This document shows positions 10,453-18,935 of a DNA stretch of 64,000 nucleotides, in pieces. The notes beneath the pieces are model-generated. The model was not told the DNA's origin. It did no database searches and was given only the letters and a program-made list of their open reading frames with translations. Origin of the DNA: Thermoanaerobaculia bacterium (GTDB lineage Bacteria; Acidobacteriota; Thermoanaerobaculia; UBA5066; DATFVB01); assembly GCA_050747885.1 (NCBI GenBank), contig JBOGJO010000034.1, forward strand, positions 69 through 64,068, given 5' to 3'. The number at the start of each line of letters is the position of its first letter. The first letter of the stretch is position 1. The position numbers and the translations under genes were made by a program.

Positions 10453-12037
10453 GCGCGTAGGGTTCTTCGACTTCGCTTCGCCACACGACGGACCGGGCGC
10501 TCGACACGTCGCGATGCCAGGCGACTCCCGGCCGGGGCTCGTCGGCGGTCCAGAGCGCGGCGGCGCGGTCGTCGCCGTTGCCCTCGCGAAAGAGCCCGCG
10601 TGGATTGCGCCAGCCGGAAAGAAGAATGTCGAGTCCGGACTTCCCGCCGGCCTTCAAGGCGTCGCCCACTCGGGGGCCGCGTCCTCTCGTCTGATCGAGC
10701 TCGGCGGGATCCATGCCGAGGAACTTTTCGACGGCCTTCCATTCCGCGTCCGTCGAGAGGTGCGATCCCGCCGGGCAGGCCTCACGGGCAATTCTCCACG
10801 GGTAGAGCCTGCCGAACTGCCCGCAACTCTCGGGCTTGGCGTCGAAGCAGAAAGATCCCTCCGCGGGATAATCCAGGTTTCGTCCGAACCAGGTCATTCC
10901 CGCAATCCGGACGAGCAGATAGGTCTGCCCGTCGCGCGGGTCCGCCAGCGTGGAATCGCCGACGCTCGCATGACCTCTGAGCCAGGCGAGGATCATCGCA
11001 AGAGCGCCTTCGTCGAAGGCTCCCGAGCCCATGAGGTTCATTCCGTCCTGCGGGGACGCGTGCAGGCCAAACACGTGATCCATCCGGGGGCGTTCAACGA
11101 AAAGGGCGAACCCCGGGTGCCGGGCATTGACGATCGCGGCGATGCGCTCGTGATCCTCGCGGCCCATGATGAAGTCATATTCGCCGTGGATCACCAGCAC
11201 CGGCGAGTCCACCCGGGCCCACGCGGCCTCGAGGTCGAGTTTCTGGAGCTGCTGAGAGAAGCGGGCCGGGCGGCCGTACTGTCGGTCCGGGTCGTCGGAG
11301 TACACATCGGCGAGGTCGGGTCGCGCTTTCACGACCGCGCCGGGCGTCATCCCTCGATTGAGGTACAGGTCGTAGAGCTCCTCGACCCTTCGCATGGCGT
11401 CGTTCACGTCGCCGGGAGACCTTCCCGAAAGCATTCTCTGGCGGCGCTCGAATTCCATCATGTGCTCGAACCAGGTCTTCACCCAACCGCCGGACACGAC
11501 GTAGCCGTCCACGGGCGCGCCTTCGGGGATGAGAGGCGCGAAACCGCCGCCGTTGCTCCACCCGAAGATGAAAATCCGGGAAGGGTCGACGTCCGGCCGG
11601 GCCGCGAGTTGCCGGAAGGCCGCCCGGTATCCGGCGAGCTCGGTTTCGAAGTCCGTTTCGCCGCAGATCCCCGCGCTGTCGCCGACGCCCGGTTTGTCGA
11701 CTCGGAAGAACAGCATTTCCGACCGGGACGCCAGCCCTCGGATCATGCTCGCCGTCGAGCCGCGCATTTTCGGCGGAGCCTCGACGGAGTCGCAGCTGAG
11801 CCAGCCGGCGAGAAACAGCGCCGGAAGCCTTCCTTTCGCGGCCGCGGGCTTCGTGACGATCGTCCGAAGGCGCGGCCCGCCTGGCGCCGAGACCGTCCCG
11901 TACTCGACTTGGAGTCCCGGATAGGCCTCGTCCGGAGAGCTCCTGCGCGCCAGTCCGTCGGCCCCGCCCAGGACGGGAACACCGAGGAGGAGAGCCGCAA
12001 GGACGCCGAGCGTCGGTCGCGGGCCCGCGGAAGTCAC
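10415..12037 (-). CDS. Secreted alpha/beta-hydrolase (S9-like, GWSNGG nucleophile elbow) fused to a C-terminal FISUMP domain (Fibrobacter succinogenes major paralogous domain)
   Basis: GTG start at 12037 overlaps the upstream stop (GTGA). Signal peptide …LGVLAALLLGVPVLGGADG. GxSxG motif GWSNGGG. The C-terminal …GRLYPWRIAREACPAGSHLSTDAEWKAVEKFLG… matches the TIGR02145 pattern. Confidence 0.7.
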   Translation of the reverse strand: MTSAGPRPTLGVLAALLLGVPVLGGADGLARRSSPDEAYPGLQVEYGTVSAPGGPRLRTIVTKPAAAKGRLPALFLAGWLSCDSVEAPPKMRGSTASMIRGLASRSEMLFFRVDKPGVGDSAGICGETDFETELAGYRAAFRQLAARPDVDPSRIFIFGWSNGGGFAPLIPEGAPVDGYVVSGGWVKTWFEHMMEFERRQRMLSGRSPGDVNDAMRRVEELYDLYLNRGMTPGAVVKARPDLADVYSDDPDRQYGRPARFSQQLQKLDLEAAWARVDSPVLVIHGEYDFIMGREDHERIAAIVNARHPGFALFVERPRMDHVFGLHASPQDGMNLMGSGAFDEGALAMILAWLRGHASVGDSTLADPRDGQTYLLVRIAGMTWFGRNLDYPAEGSFCFDAKPESCGQFGRLYPWRIAREACPAGSHLSTDAEWKAVEKFLGMDPAELDQTRGRGPRVGDALKAGGKSGLDILLSGWRNPRGLFREGNGDDRAAALWTADEPRPGVAWHRDVSSARSVVWRSEVEEPYALSVRCVLDPALR

Positions 12038-12825
12038 CGCGGCTGCGCCTTCACGGGTGTCGCCGCGGGATCTTTCCACCCGTTGCCCGAGTGCTCCATG
12101 TAGAACGCCTCCTGACGCGCCGTTTCCTCGCCGAGGGTTTTCGCGACGAGGTGAAGCGCGAGATCGATTCCCGAGGTCAACCCTCCGGCGGTATAGACCC
12201 GTTCGCTGCTCTGAACCCACCTCAGGCCGCGCTGGAGCTTGACGTTTGGAAACTGTTTCTCGAAGGCGTTGAAGAAGTCGTGATGGGTGGTCGCGGGATG
12301 GCCGTCGAGCAGCCCCGCTTTGCCCAGCTTGAACGCCCCCGTGCATACCGACATGACCGTCGCGCTTTCGCTGACTTTCTTCAGCCATTCGAGCATCGCC
12401 GGCGATCCCGACTGGGCGCCGACGACGACGATGTCGGGCTTCGGCGCGTCGGCGAAGGTGTGCGCCGGAACGACCTTCAAGCCGCCGGTCATCACGACCG
12501 GATCGGTCCCGTCGGACACGCTGTACAGTCGGAACGACGCGTCCTGAAAGACTTCCCAGGGCCCGGAAAAGTCGATGACGTTCGCATTCGGCGTGATGAC
12601 GAAGGCAACGGTTGGCGGTTGTTTGTCGGTCTCGACGAGGGCCATTCCGCACTGGGGGCAGTTTCCGGGCTTGTCGAAGAGTGCGGTGTGATCCTCCATC
12701 GGACATCTCCACTTCGAGGTCGCCTGGGAGGCGGCTTCGGATCCAGCAGCGCGGCCTTCCCTTGCGAACGTGATGGCGCACAGCGCCAGAACGAGACAGA
12801 TCGCCATTCCGTGGGTGGTTTTCAT
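12034..12825 (-). CDS. Periplasmic DJ-1/PfpI-family protein with an N-terminal HMBD-type heavy-metal-binding motif (CPM..H…CPxCGM)
   Basis: ATG at 12825 follows a GGGAGGAGAG Shine-Dalgarno sequence. Signal peptide MKTTHGMAICLVLALCAITFA. The segment CPMEDHTALFDKPGNCPQCGMALV matches the HMBD motif found in CusB/SilB and P-type ATPases. The DJ-1 catalytic-cysteine context is …VMSVCTGAFKLG…. Confidence 0.8.
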   Translation of the reverse strand: MKTTHGMAICLVLALCAITFAREGRAAGSEAASQATSKWRCPMEDHTALFDKPGNCPQCGMALVETDKQPPTVAFVITPNANVIDFSGPWEVFQDASFRLYSVSDGTDPVVMTGGLKVVPAHTFADAPKPDIVVVGAQSGSPAMLEWLKKVSESATVMSVCTGAFKLGKAGLLDGHPATTHHDFFNAFEKQFPNVKLQRGLRWVQSSERVYTAGGLTSGIDLALHLVAKTLGEETARQEAFYMEHSGNGWKDPAATPVKAQPR

Positions 12826-12896
12826 AGCTCTCCTCCCTTTCTTCTGAGGTCCGGAAGAAAGAGTAGGGGATTGCCGAAAAGGCTTCGAGTACCCGA

Positions 12897-13757
12897 TTAG
12901 CCTTTTGGAACTTCCCGAACCTCGCCGGCTGCGCCCCGTGCGATTCTGCGGAATTCCTTGGGGCTCATTCCCGTGAGACGACGGAAGACGCGGCTCATGT
13001 GGCTCTGGTCGGCAAAACCGGCTTGTGACGCCGCGTCGGCAAGGGTGACTTCTTCGGAGGAGATCGCCCTCCGGATCGCCTCGACCCGCCGCCAACGGAG
13101 CTCCTCGCCGACGCTTCGGCCATAGTGACGGCGAAAGGAGCGCGCGAGATGAACGGGGTGAACGCCCGCGGCGGCGGCGAGCCAGTCAAGCCGGAGCGGC
13201 CGGGAGCTCTCTTCCCGAATTTGTTCGGCGACTCTCCGAAGCCACGCCGGCGGTCCACCTTCGACCGGGAGGCGAACGAACGTTCCCAGAAGTTGAAATG
13301 CGAGCCCTTCGAGAACGAAGTCTCCGGCCGCGTCCGTCGCGCGGATCTCGAGGCCCATCGCGGCGACGATCCGGGCAACTTCGCTCTCCGGACCCGACAG
13401 GCGCGGCGCGGCGCGGCGCAGCCCCGCGAGATCATTGGCCGTGCCGTCCTCGAGCTCGACGCAGAGGAATCGGGCGCCGGCCGAGCCGATTTCATCCCCA
13501 TGCCGGTAGCTCGCGGGGTGAAAGCGGACTCCGCCGACGGGATAGGTGGTGTCGCCGGCGCCATCCTGCTCCCGGTACGACCCTGTCGTCAGCCGGGAGA
13601 AATAGGCCGGGCCGTGCGGGTGGGGCCCGTTCTTCGAGGGACGGCGGTGCCGGAGCTCGGTGAAGACGAATCCGGGCACGCGGCGGCGACGGACGACCTC
13701 ACCGAGGAATCCGGAAGCGGCTGGTCGGGGCTCAGGGGGCGCGGACATGGTGAACAA
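12897..13757 (-). CDS. AraC-family transcriptional regulator
   Basis: C-terminal HTH_18 region (…ADAASQAGFADQSHMSRVFRRLTGMSPKEFRR…). The likely true start is the ATG at 13748 (MSAPPEP…). Confidence 0.8.
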   Translation of the reverse strand: MFTMSAPPEPRPAASGFLGEVVRRRRVPGFVFTELRHRRPSKNGPHPHGPAYFSRLTTGSYREQDGAGDTTYPVGGVRFHPASYRHGDEIGSAGARFLCVELEDGTANDLAGLRRAAPRLSGPESEVARIVAAMGLEIRATDAAGDFVLEGLAFQLLGTFVRLPVEGGPPAWLRRVAEQIREESSRPLRLDWLAAAAGVHPVHLARSFRRHYGRSVGEELRWRRVEAIRRAISSEEVTLADAASQAGFADQSHMSRVFRRLTGMSPKEFRRIARGAAGEVREVPKG

Positions 13758-13802
13758 TTCGCTTTCGAAGGATTGTACGCACGGGGGCGAAAAGAGTTGC
13801 GT

Positions 13803-14843
13803 TCAGGCGCCGAGCGGCCAGCGCGAACGCGCGTTGACCGAGAGAAAATCCTTCGCCCCTTCCCGGCGAAATCGGAGCAGCCCCGCAAACGCGATCATCG
13901 CCGCGTTGTCACCCGTGAGCGACCGGTCGGGAAGGAACGCCTCCATTCCTCTCTCCCCGGCCCATCCGGCGGATCTCTCCCTAAGCTCCGTGTTCGCCGC
14001 GACCCCTCCCGAGAGTGCCAGCCGATCCATGCCCTCGCGGACGCGGACCGTTTCCAACCGGTCGAGAAGCTGGTCCACGATCGAACGCTGAAAGCCGGCG
14101 AGCAGGCCGGCCAGTTCCTCGCCAACGTCCCCCTCGGCGATTTCGCCGGAAATCCCTCTCGCCTCGAGCTCGCGAATCAGCTGGGTTTTGAGGCCGGAAA
14201 ACGTGAAGTTCAGGGAACCGTCGTTGAACCTTCCGATCTTGAACCGGGGGCCCTTGCCGCCGGCGCGGCGCGCGATCCGGTCGATCACCGGCCCGCCCGG
14301 ATAGCCGAGGCCGGCGCGGCGCGCGACTTTGTCGAAGACCTCGCCGGGCGCGTCGTCCCCCGCGCGGGCGAGGGCGACGACTCTTTCCCGCTCGACCCGA
14401 ACGAGCTCGGAGTGGCCTCCCGACACGACGAGGCCGTGAAACGGGAAATCGATTCCTCGGGCGGCCGACCCATCGGCGAACAAGAACGGCGAGTAGAGAT
14501 GCCCTTCCAGGTGAGAGACCGGTTGGAACGGAATGCCCTGGGCCAGCGCGAGCGCTTTTCCGGCGGAAAGGCCCACCAGCAGGGCGCCGATCAGCCCCGG
14601 ACCCGCCGTCGCCGCGACGAGGTCGATGTCGCCCAGCGACGCGCCGGATTCCAAAAGCGCCTCGTCGAAGACGGAGGAGATGTTCTCCAGGTGATGGCGC
14701 GAGGCGATCTCCGGCACGACGCCGCCGTAGCGCGCGTGCATCTTCATCTGCGACGAGACCACGTTGGAGAGGATTCGGCCCTCGCCGTCGATCACCGCCA
14801 CGGACGTCTCGTCGCACGAGGTCTCGATCCCGAGAATTCTCAT
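13803..14843 (-). CDS. tsaD: tRNA N6-adenosine threonylcarbamoyltransferase TsaD (Kae1/Gcp)
   Basis: Starts MRILGIETSCDETSVAVIDGEG…. Conserved HLEGH, GGVxxN-like and SGGV motifs. The start overlaps the upstream stop (ATGA). Confidence 0.9.
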   Translation of the reverse strand: MRILGIETSCDETSVAVIDGEGRILSNVVSSQMKMHARYGGVVPEIASRHHLENISSVFDEALLESGASLGDIDLVAATAGPGLIGALLVGLSAGKALALAQGIPFQPVSHLEGHLYSPFLFADGSAARGIDFPFHGLVVSGGHSELVRVERERVVALARAGDDAPGEVFDKVARRAGLGYPGGPVIDRIARRAGGKGPRFKIGRFNDGSLNFTFSGLKTQLIRELEARGISGEIAEGDVGEELAGLLAGFQRSIVDQLLDRLETVRVREGMDRLALSGGVAANTELRERSAGWAGERGMEAFLPDRSLTGDNAAMIAFAGLLRFRREGAKDFLSVNARSRWPLGA

Positions 14844-15475
14844 TCCGTAGATTCTCTCCCGAGGGGAGCTCGAGGGGATGGGTTCCCTCGGTTCCTCGCG
14901 CTCCGATGGCGCAGGTAATATCGGCGTGCCTTTGCCCGGCTTCCGCACTCCCGCATTTCGCACCAGCGGCGGTTTTTCCGGCGGCTTCGGTCGACGAAGA
15001 GCCAGCCGCATTCGGGGTCCGCGCACTCGCGCAGAAGGCTCAGGTCGGCAGACTCCAGCAGACGGGCTGCCGACCACACCACGGCGGCCAGGATCGGGTC
15101 GAGATCACCGGCGGAGCCCGAAAAGTCCCACCGGAAGGTTCCCTTTCCGCGCGCGAGCCGGACGCCGCTCAGAGCGCGGCGCAGGAACTCGTTCAAGGCG
15201 GCGAGGTCCTCCGGCGCCGGCGCATGCCAGCGGGACAGCGGGGAGAGGATTCGGTGCAGGGTCGCCCGGAGAGCGACGGCGTCTTTGAGGATCCTCGGGG
15301 ACGCCTTTTGCGGGGGGGAGTCGGCCATGAGCCCCGCCCCCGCCCCCCATTCGAGGATATCCTCGCGCGAGCCCAATCGGTCGTCGTAAGGTCCCGTGGA
15401 TCGCCAGGCGGCGGTGTTGTTGAAGTCGAGGCATCGCTCTCCTCCAACCCATTCGAAACGGGGCGTCTTCGCCAT
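14840..15475 (-). CDS. ABATE-domain protein with C-terminal CGNR zinc finger (putative stress-responsive regulator)
   Basis: The C-terminus …CADPECGWLFVDRSRRKNRRWCEMRECGSRAKARRYY matches zf-CGNR. The N-terminus …CLDFNNTAAW… is ABATE-like. Confidence 0.8.
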   Translation of the reverse strand: MAKTPRFEWVGGERCLDFNNTAAWRSTGPYDDRLGSREDILEWGAGAGLMADSPPQKASPRILKDAVALRATLHRILSPLSRWHAPAPEDLAALNEFLRRALSGVRLARGKGTFRWDFSGSAGDLDPILAAVVWSAARLLESADLSLLRECADPECGWLFVDRSRRKNRRWCEMRECGSRAKARRYYLRHRSARNRGNPSPRAPLGRESTE

Positions 15476-15579
15476 GGTAGAAATTATAACCTGTATATCG
15501 TATTTGACAAGTGAGAGAGGTCGTGTTTGAATATCACTGGTAAATGTAATTTTACAGGTTGAAGAAAGAGAAGGAACGA

Positions 15580-15999
15580 GTGTTTTACTTTTCGTTTTTC
15601 CTCGTTGTCGGGGGAAACATCCTGTATCACCTTTCCCAGAAATCGATTCCCAGGGGCCTGAATCCCGCTTTTTCGGTCACCGTCAGTTACATCGCCGCCC
15701 TCGCGTTGTCGGCCGCGCTCTACCCGCTTCTGTCGGACCAGCCGTTCCGCGAGTCGGCGCGCCGCCTCAACTGGGCGAGTGTCGGAGTGGGGGTCTCGGC
15801 CGTCGCCATCGAGTTTGGGTTCCTGCTCGTGTACCGCACGGGATGGAAGCTGAGCGTGGCCTCCCCGATGGCGAGCGCCACGATTGCCGTCATCCTGATC
15901 CCCCTCGGAATCTGGCTCTACCGGGAGCGGCTCTCTCCGGTCAACTTCCTGGGCCTGTTCCTGTGCCTGGTCGGGCTTTTTCTGGCCGTTCGGCGGTAA
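15580..15999 (+). CDS. Small 4-TM EamA/DMT-like membrane protein
   Basis: The GTG at 15580 follows GAAGGAA; the track ORF begins at TTG 15559. Four hydrophobic helices. Similarity to DMT half-transporters is weak. Confidence 0.5.
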   Translation: MFYFSFFLVVGGNILYHLSQKSIPRGLNPAFSVTVSYIAALALSAALYPLLSDQPFRESARRLNWASVGVGVSAVAIEFGFLLVYRTGWKLSVASPMASATIAVILIPLGIWLYRERLSPVNFLGLFLCLVGLFLAVRR

Positions 16000-16047
16000 A
16001 CCGGGGGAAGTTTCGGCCGGAAAGGTTTGAGGTTACGATTCCCCGCG

Positions 16048-16743
16048 ATGGCCAGACACATCGGCATCGTGGCTTGCAGCGCGGAAGGAGCGGCGCTCTG
16101 CTATCGGACAATCGCGCTCGAGGCTCAGTCCCGGATGGGCGAGCACAACCACCCGAAAATGACCATGAATTCGATTCCGATGGCCGAGCACCTGTTCTTC
16201 ATCGGGGGAAATGACTGGGCCGGCGTCTCCGACCTGCTCCTCGATTCGGCCCGTCGCGTCAAGGCGGCCGGGGCCGATTTCGCGATCTGCCCGGACAACA
16301 CCTGCCACCAGGCTTTTCCGTTTCTCCTGCCCCGCTCGCCCCTTCCGTGGCTCAGCATCGCGGAGGTCGTTGCTGCCCGGGCGGAGAAATCCCGGCTCCG
16401 GAGGCTCGCGATCCTCGGCACCCGCTCCCTCATGGAATCCAACGTCTATCCGGGGGCGCTGGCGGCTCGGGGGATCGGATTCGAGATCCCCGAGGCCACC
16501 GATCGGGCCAAGATCGACAGGATCATCTTCCAGGAGCTCGTCAACGCGATCTTCGCCGAACCCTCGCGGCTCTATTTCAACGAAGTGATGGACGAGCTGA
16601 AGGCGAAGGGCTGCGACGGCGCCGTTCTCGGGTGCACCGAGATTCCGCTCATCGTCCGCCCGGGAGACGCTCCGCTTCCGACTCTCGACTCGACGAGGCT
16701 GCTGGCCCGCGCGGCGATCGCACACGCTCTTTCCGAAAACTGA
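16048..16743 (+). CDS. Aspartate/glutamate racemase-family protein (YgeA-like amino-acid racemase)
   Basis: MARHIGIVACSAEGAALCYRTI…, with the second catalytic region …VLGCTEIPLI…. Collinear with E. coli YgeA. Confidence 0.85.
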   Translation: MARHIGIVACSAEGAALCYRTIALEAQSRMGEHNHPKMTMNSIPMAEHLFFIGGNDWAGVSDLLLDSARRVKAAGADFAICPDNTCHQAFPFLLPRSPLPWLSIAEVVAARAEKSRLRRLAILGTRSLMESNVYPGALAARGIGFEIPEATDRAKIDRIIFQELVNAIFAEPSRLYFNEVMDELKAKGCDGAVLGCTEIPLIVRPGDAPLPTLDSTRLLARAAIAHALSEN

Positions 16744-16767
16744 CGAAACTCCCGGGTGGAGTCCGGC

Positions 16768-17085
16768 TCAGAATTTCGGCGAAGACGGCCCCGGACTTCC
16801 AATGTCTGATCCGGAAAGGCCGAAATGCTCCGCCGCCCATCGGCTCGTGAATTCCAGGTACGCGGCCCGCACGCGGGGACCGTCCCGGATGCCGTGCCCG
16901 GCGCCGTCGAAGATTTTGACCTCGATCCTCTCGCTCCTGGCTGCGCGCAACGCTTGCTGGAACGCGGCGATCGATTCCGGGATCGGCACGAGTATGATTC
17001 CGGTATGCGTCCCGCTCTCTGCTCCCGCCTCGCCCCCTTCGGCACGACGATCTTCGCGGAAATGACACGCCTGGCCAACGAGCAC
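16768..17085 (-). pseudogene. C-terminal remnant of an alpha/beta-hydrolase (S9 or dienelactone-hydrolase-like), truncated by the aminotransferase gene
   Basis: Translation …GIILVPIPESIAAFQQALRAARSERIEVKIFDGAGHGI… is a typical catalytic-His C-terminus of an alpha/beta hydrolase. Only about 80 aa are present. The 5' part would lie where the aminotransferase now is. Confidence 0.35.
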
Positions 17086-18162
17086 GGCGCAATCAACCTG
17101 GCCCAGGGCTTTCCCGACTTCGACGGGCCGGAGTTCGCGAAAGAGGCGGCGATCTCAGCGATTCGCGCGGGGCACGGTCAGTACGCGCGGGTTTCGGGAC
17201 TGCCGGAGCTGCACCGGGCGCTCTCGGAGAAATACCGGAGGGACTACGGCCTCGAATACGCCCCCGACACGGAGATCACCGTGACCTCGGGCGCGACTGA
17301 GGCGATCTTCGCGGCGATTCAGGGAATCTGCGATCCCGGTGACGAGGTCGTTCTGTTCGAGCCGTTCTATGACTCGTATCGGGCGAGCGTCGTGATGGCG
17401 GGCGCGGTCCCGAGAGTCGTGACGCTCCACGTGCCGGGATGGCAATTCGATCCCGCGGATCTCGAGAGAGCCTTCACGTCGAAAACTCGGGCGGTTCTCG
17501 TGAACACCCCTCACAATCCGACGGGCAAGGTGTTTTCGCGGGAGGAGCTCGAGTCGATCGCTCGCCTGTGCCGGGAGCGGGACGTTCTCTGCGTCACCGA
17601 CGAGGTGTACGAGCACCTCGTGTACGAGGGGACTCACGTTCCGATGGCGACGCTTCCGGGCATGAGGGAGAGGACGATCACGATCTCGAGCTTCGGGAAG
17701 ACGTATTCGCTGACGGGGTGGAAGATCGGCTGGGCCGCCGCGCCGCCCGAGCTCTGCGGCGCGGTTCGTGCCGCGCACCAGTTCATCACGTTCGCCACGG
17801 CGACCCCGCTGCAGCATGCCGCCGCGGCCTCGCTTGCCGACCGGCCGGAATACTTTCGGGACTTTCTGGCCTCCTATCTGAGAAAGCGCGATTTTCTCTG
17901 CGGGGTTCTCTCGGACGCGGGGTTCGAGGTCTATCGCCCCGCCGGGACGTATTTCGTCTGCGCCGGTTTCGAGAAGCTCGGATTCGACGACGACGTCGCG
18001 ATCTGCCGGAGCCTGACGGAAAAGACCGGTGTGGCGGCTCTCCCGCCGAGCTCGTTCTACCAGGAGTCCGTCGAAGGGAAAACTTACGTGCGCTGGGCTT
18101 TCTGCAAGCGGGACGAAACGCTGCAAGTGGCGGCGGAAAGGCTGCGAAAGCTTTGCGCGTAG
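17005..18162 (+). CDS. Class I PLP-dependent aminotransferase (methionine or glutamine transaminase, YbdL/KAT-like)
   Basis: …GTTIFAEMTRLANEHGAINLAQGFPDFDGP… and the PLP-lysine region …SFGKTYSLTGWKIGW…. N-terminus positioned by alignment to YbdL. Confidence 0.85.
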   Translation: MRPALCSRLAPFGTTIFAEMTRLANEHGAINLAQGFPDFDGPEFAKEAAISAIRAGHGQYARVSGLPELHRALSEKYRRDYGLEYAPDTEITVTSGATEAIFAAIQGICDPGDEVVLFEPFYDSYRASVVMAGAVPRVVTLHVPGWQFDPADLERAFTSKTRAVLVNTPHNPTGKVFSREELESIARLCRERDVLCVTDEVYEHLVYEGTHVPMATLPGMRERTITISSFGKTYSLTGWKIGWAAAPPELCGAVRAAHQFITFATATPLQHAAAASLADRPEYFRDFLASYLRKRDFLCGVLSDAGFEVYRPAGTYFVCAGFEKLGFDDDVAICRSLTEKTGVAALPPSSFYQESVEGKTYVRWAFCKRDETLQVAAERLRKLCA

Positions 18163-18935
18163 CGCTCGTCCAGTTCGACATTGCGTGGGAGAGCGTGGAG
18201 GAAAACCATCGCCGGGTTTCGGCGAGGCTCGAGGAGGCCGCTGCGGGCGGAGCCCGGCTGGCAATCCTTCCGGAAATGTTCTGCACCGGCTTCTCGATGG
18301 ACGCCGCGCGGATCGCGCAACCGCCGCACGGTCCGACGGAGTCGTTCCTGAAAGGGAGGGCCCGCGACCTCGGCCTCTGGATCATCGGCTCGATTCCCGA
18401 GGCGGCCGAGCCGGCGCCGCGCAACACCGCCCTCCTCGTTTCGCCGGACGGCGACGTCGAACGGTATTCGAAAATCCATCCGTTCTCGTATGCCGGCGAG
18501 CACCGCCACTATGCCCCGGGGGACCGGATCGTCACGGTCGAGATCGGCGGCGTGCGCGTGACTCCGTTCATTTGCTATGACCTCCGCTTTCCGGAGCCGT
18601 TCCGGTTCGCCGCGGCCGACACCGATCTCTTCGTCGTCGTCGCGAACTGGCCCGAATCGCGCGGCTCGCACTGGAGGGTGCTGCTCCGCGCGCGCGCGAT
18701 CGAAAACCTCGCGTACGTCGCGGGCGTCAACCGCGTCGGCGACGGGGGCAAGCTTCACTACGCGGGAGACTCGGCTCTGATCGACCCGCTGGGCCAAACG
18801 GTCGTCGAGGCGGGGGACACGGAGGCCGTGCTCATCGGGGACGTGGAGACCGCGCGCGTGCGCGAAGGGCGCGAGCGTTTTCCGGTCCTCGCCGACGTCC
18901 GGCCGGCGGCCTACCGCCGGTCGAGCGGGCCCTAA
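18153..18935 (+). CDS. Carbon-nitrogen hydrolase (nitrilase superfamily; omega-amidase YafV-like)
   Basis: E-K-C triad context: …LAILPEMFCTGF…, …VTPFICYDLRFPE…. Probable TTG start at 18153 overlapping the aminotransferase stop. A transaminase-amidase pairing is typical. Confidence 0.8.
   Translation: MRVALVQFDIAWESVEENHRRVSARLEEAAAGGARLAILPEMFCTGFSMDAARIAQPPHGPTESFLKGRARDLGLWIIGSIPEAAEPAPRNTALLVSPDGDVERYSKIHPFSYAGEHRHYAPGDRIVTVEIGGVRVTPFICYDLRFPEPFRFAAADTDLFVVVANWPESRGSHWRVLLRARAIENLAYVAGVNRVGDGGKLHYAGDSALIDPLGQTVVEAGDTEAVLIGDVETARVREGRERFPVLADVRPAAYRRSSGP

Noticed and set aside
12038-12781. 5' 245 codons of ORF 10415..12781
   Set aside because: Arg-rich junk antisense to the DJ-1 gene. The GTG at 12037 gives a proper signal peptide and a GTGA overlap with the upstream stop.
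12826-13095. N-terminal extension of the DJ-1/PfpI ORF upstream of MKTTHG
   Set aside because: The extension lacks signal-peptide logic and overlaps the AraC gene. A strong Shine-Dalgarno sequence precedes the internal ATG at 12825.
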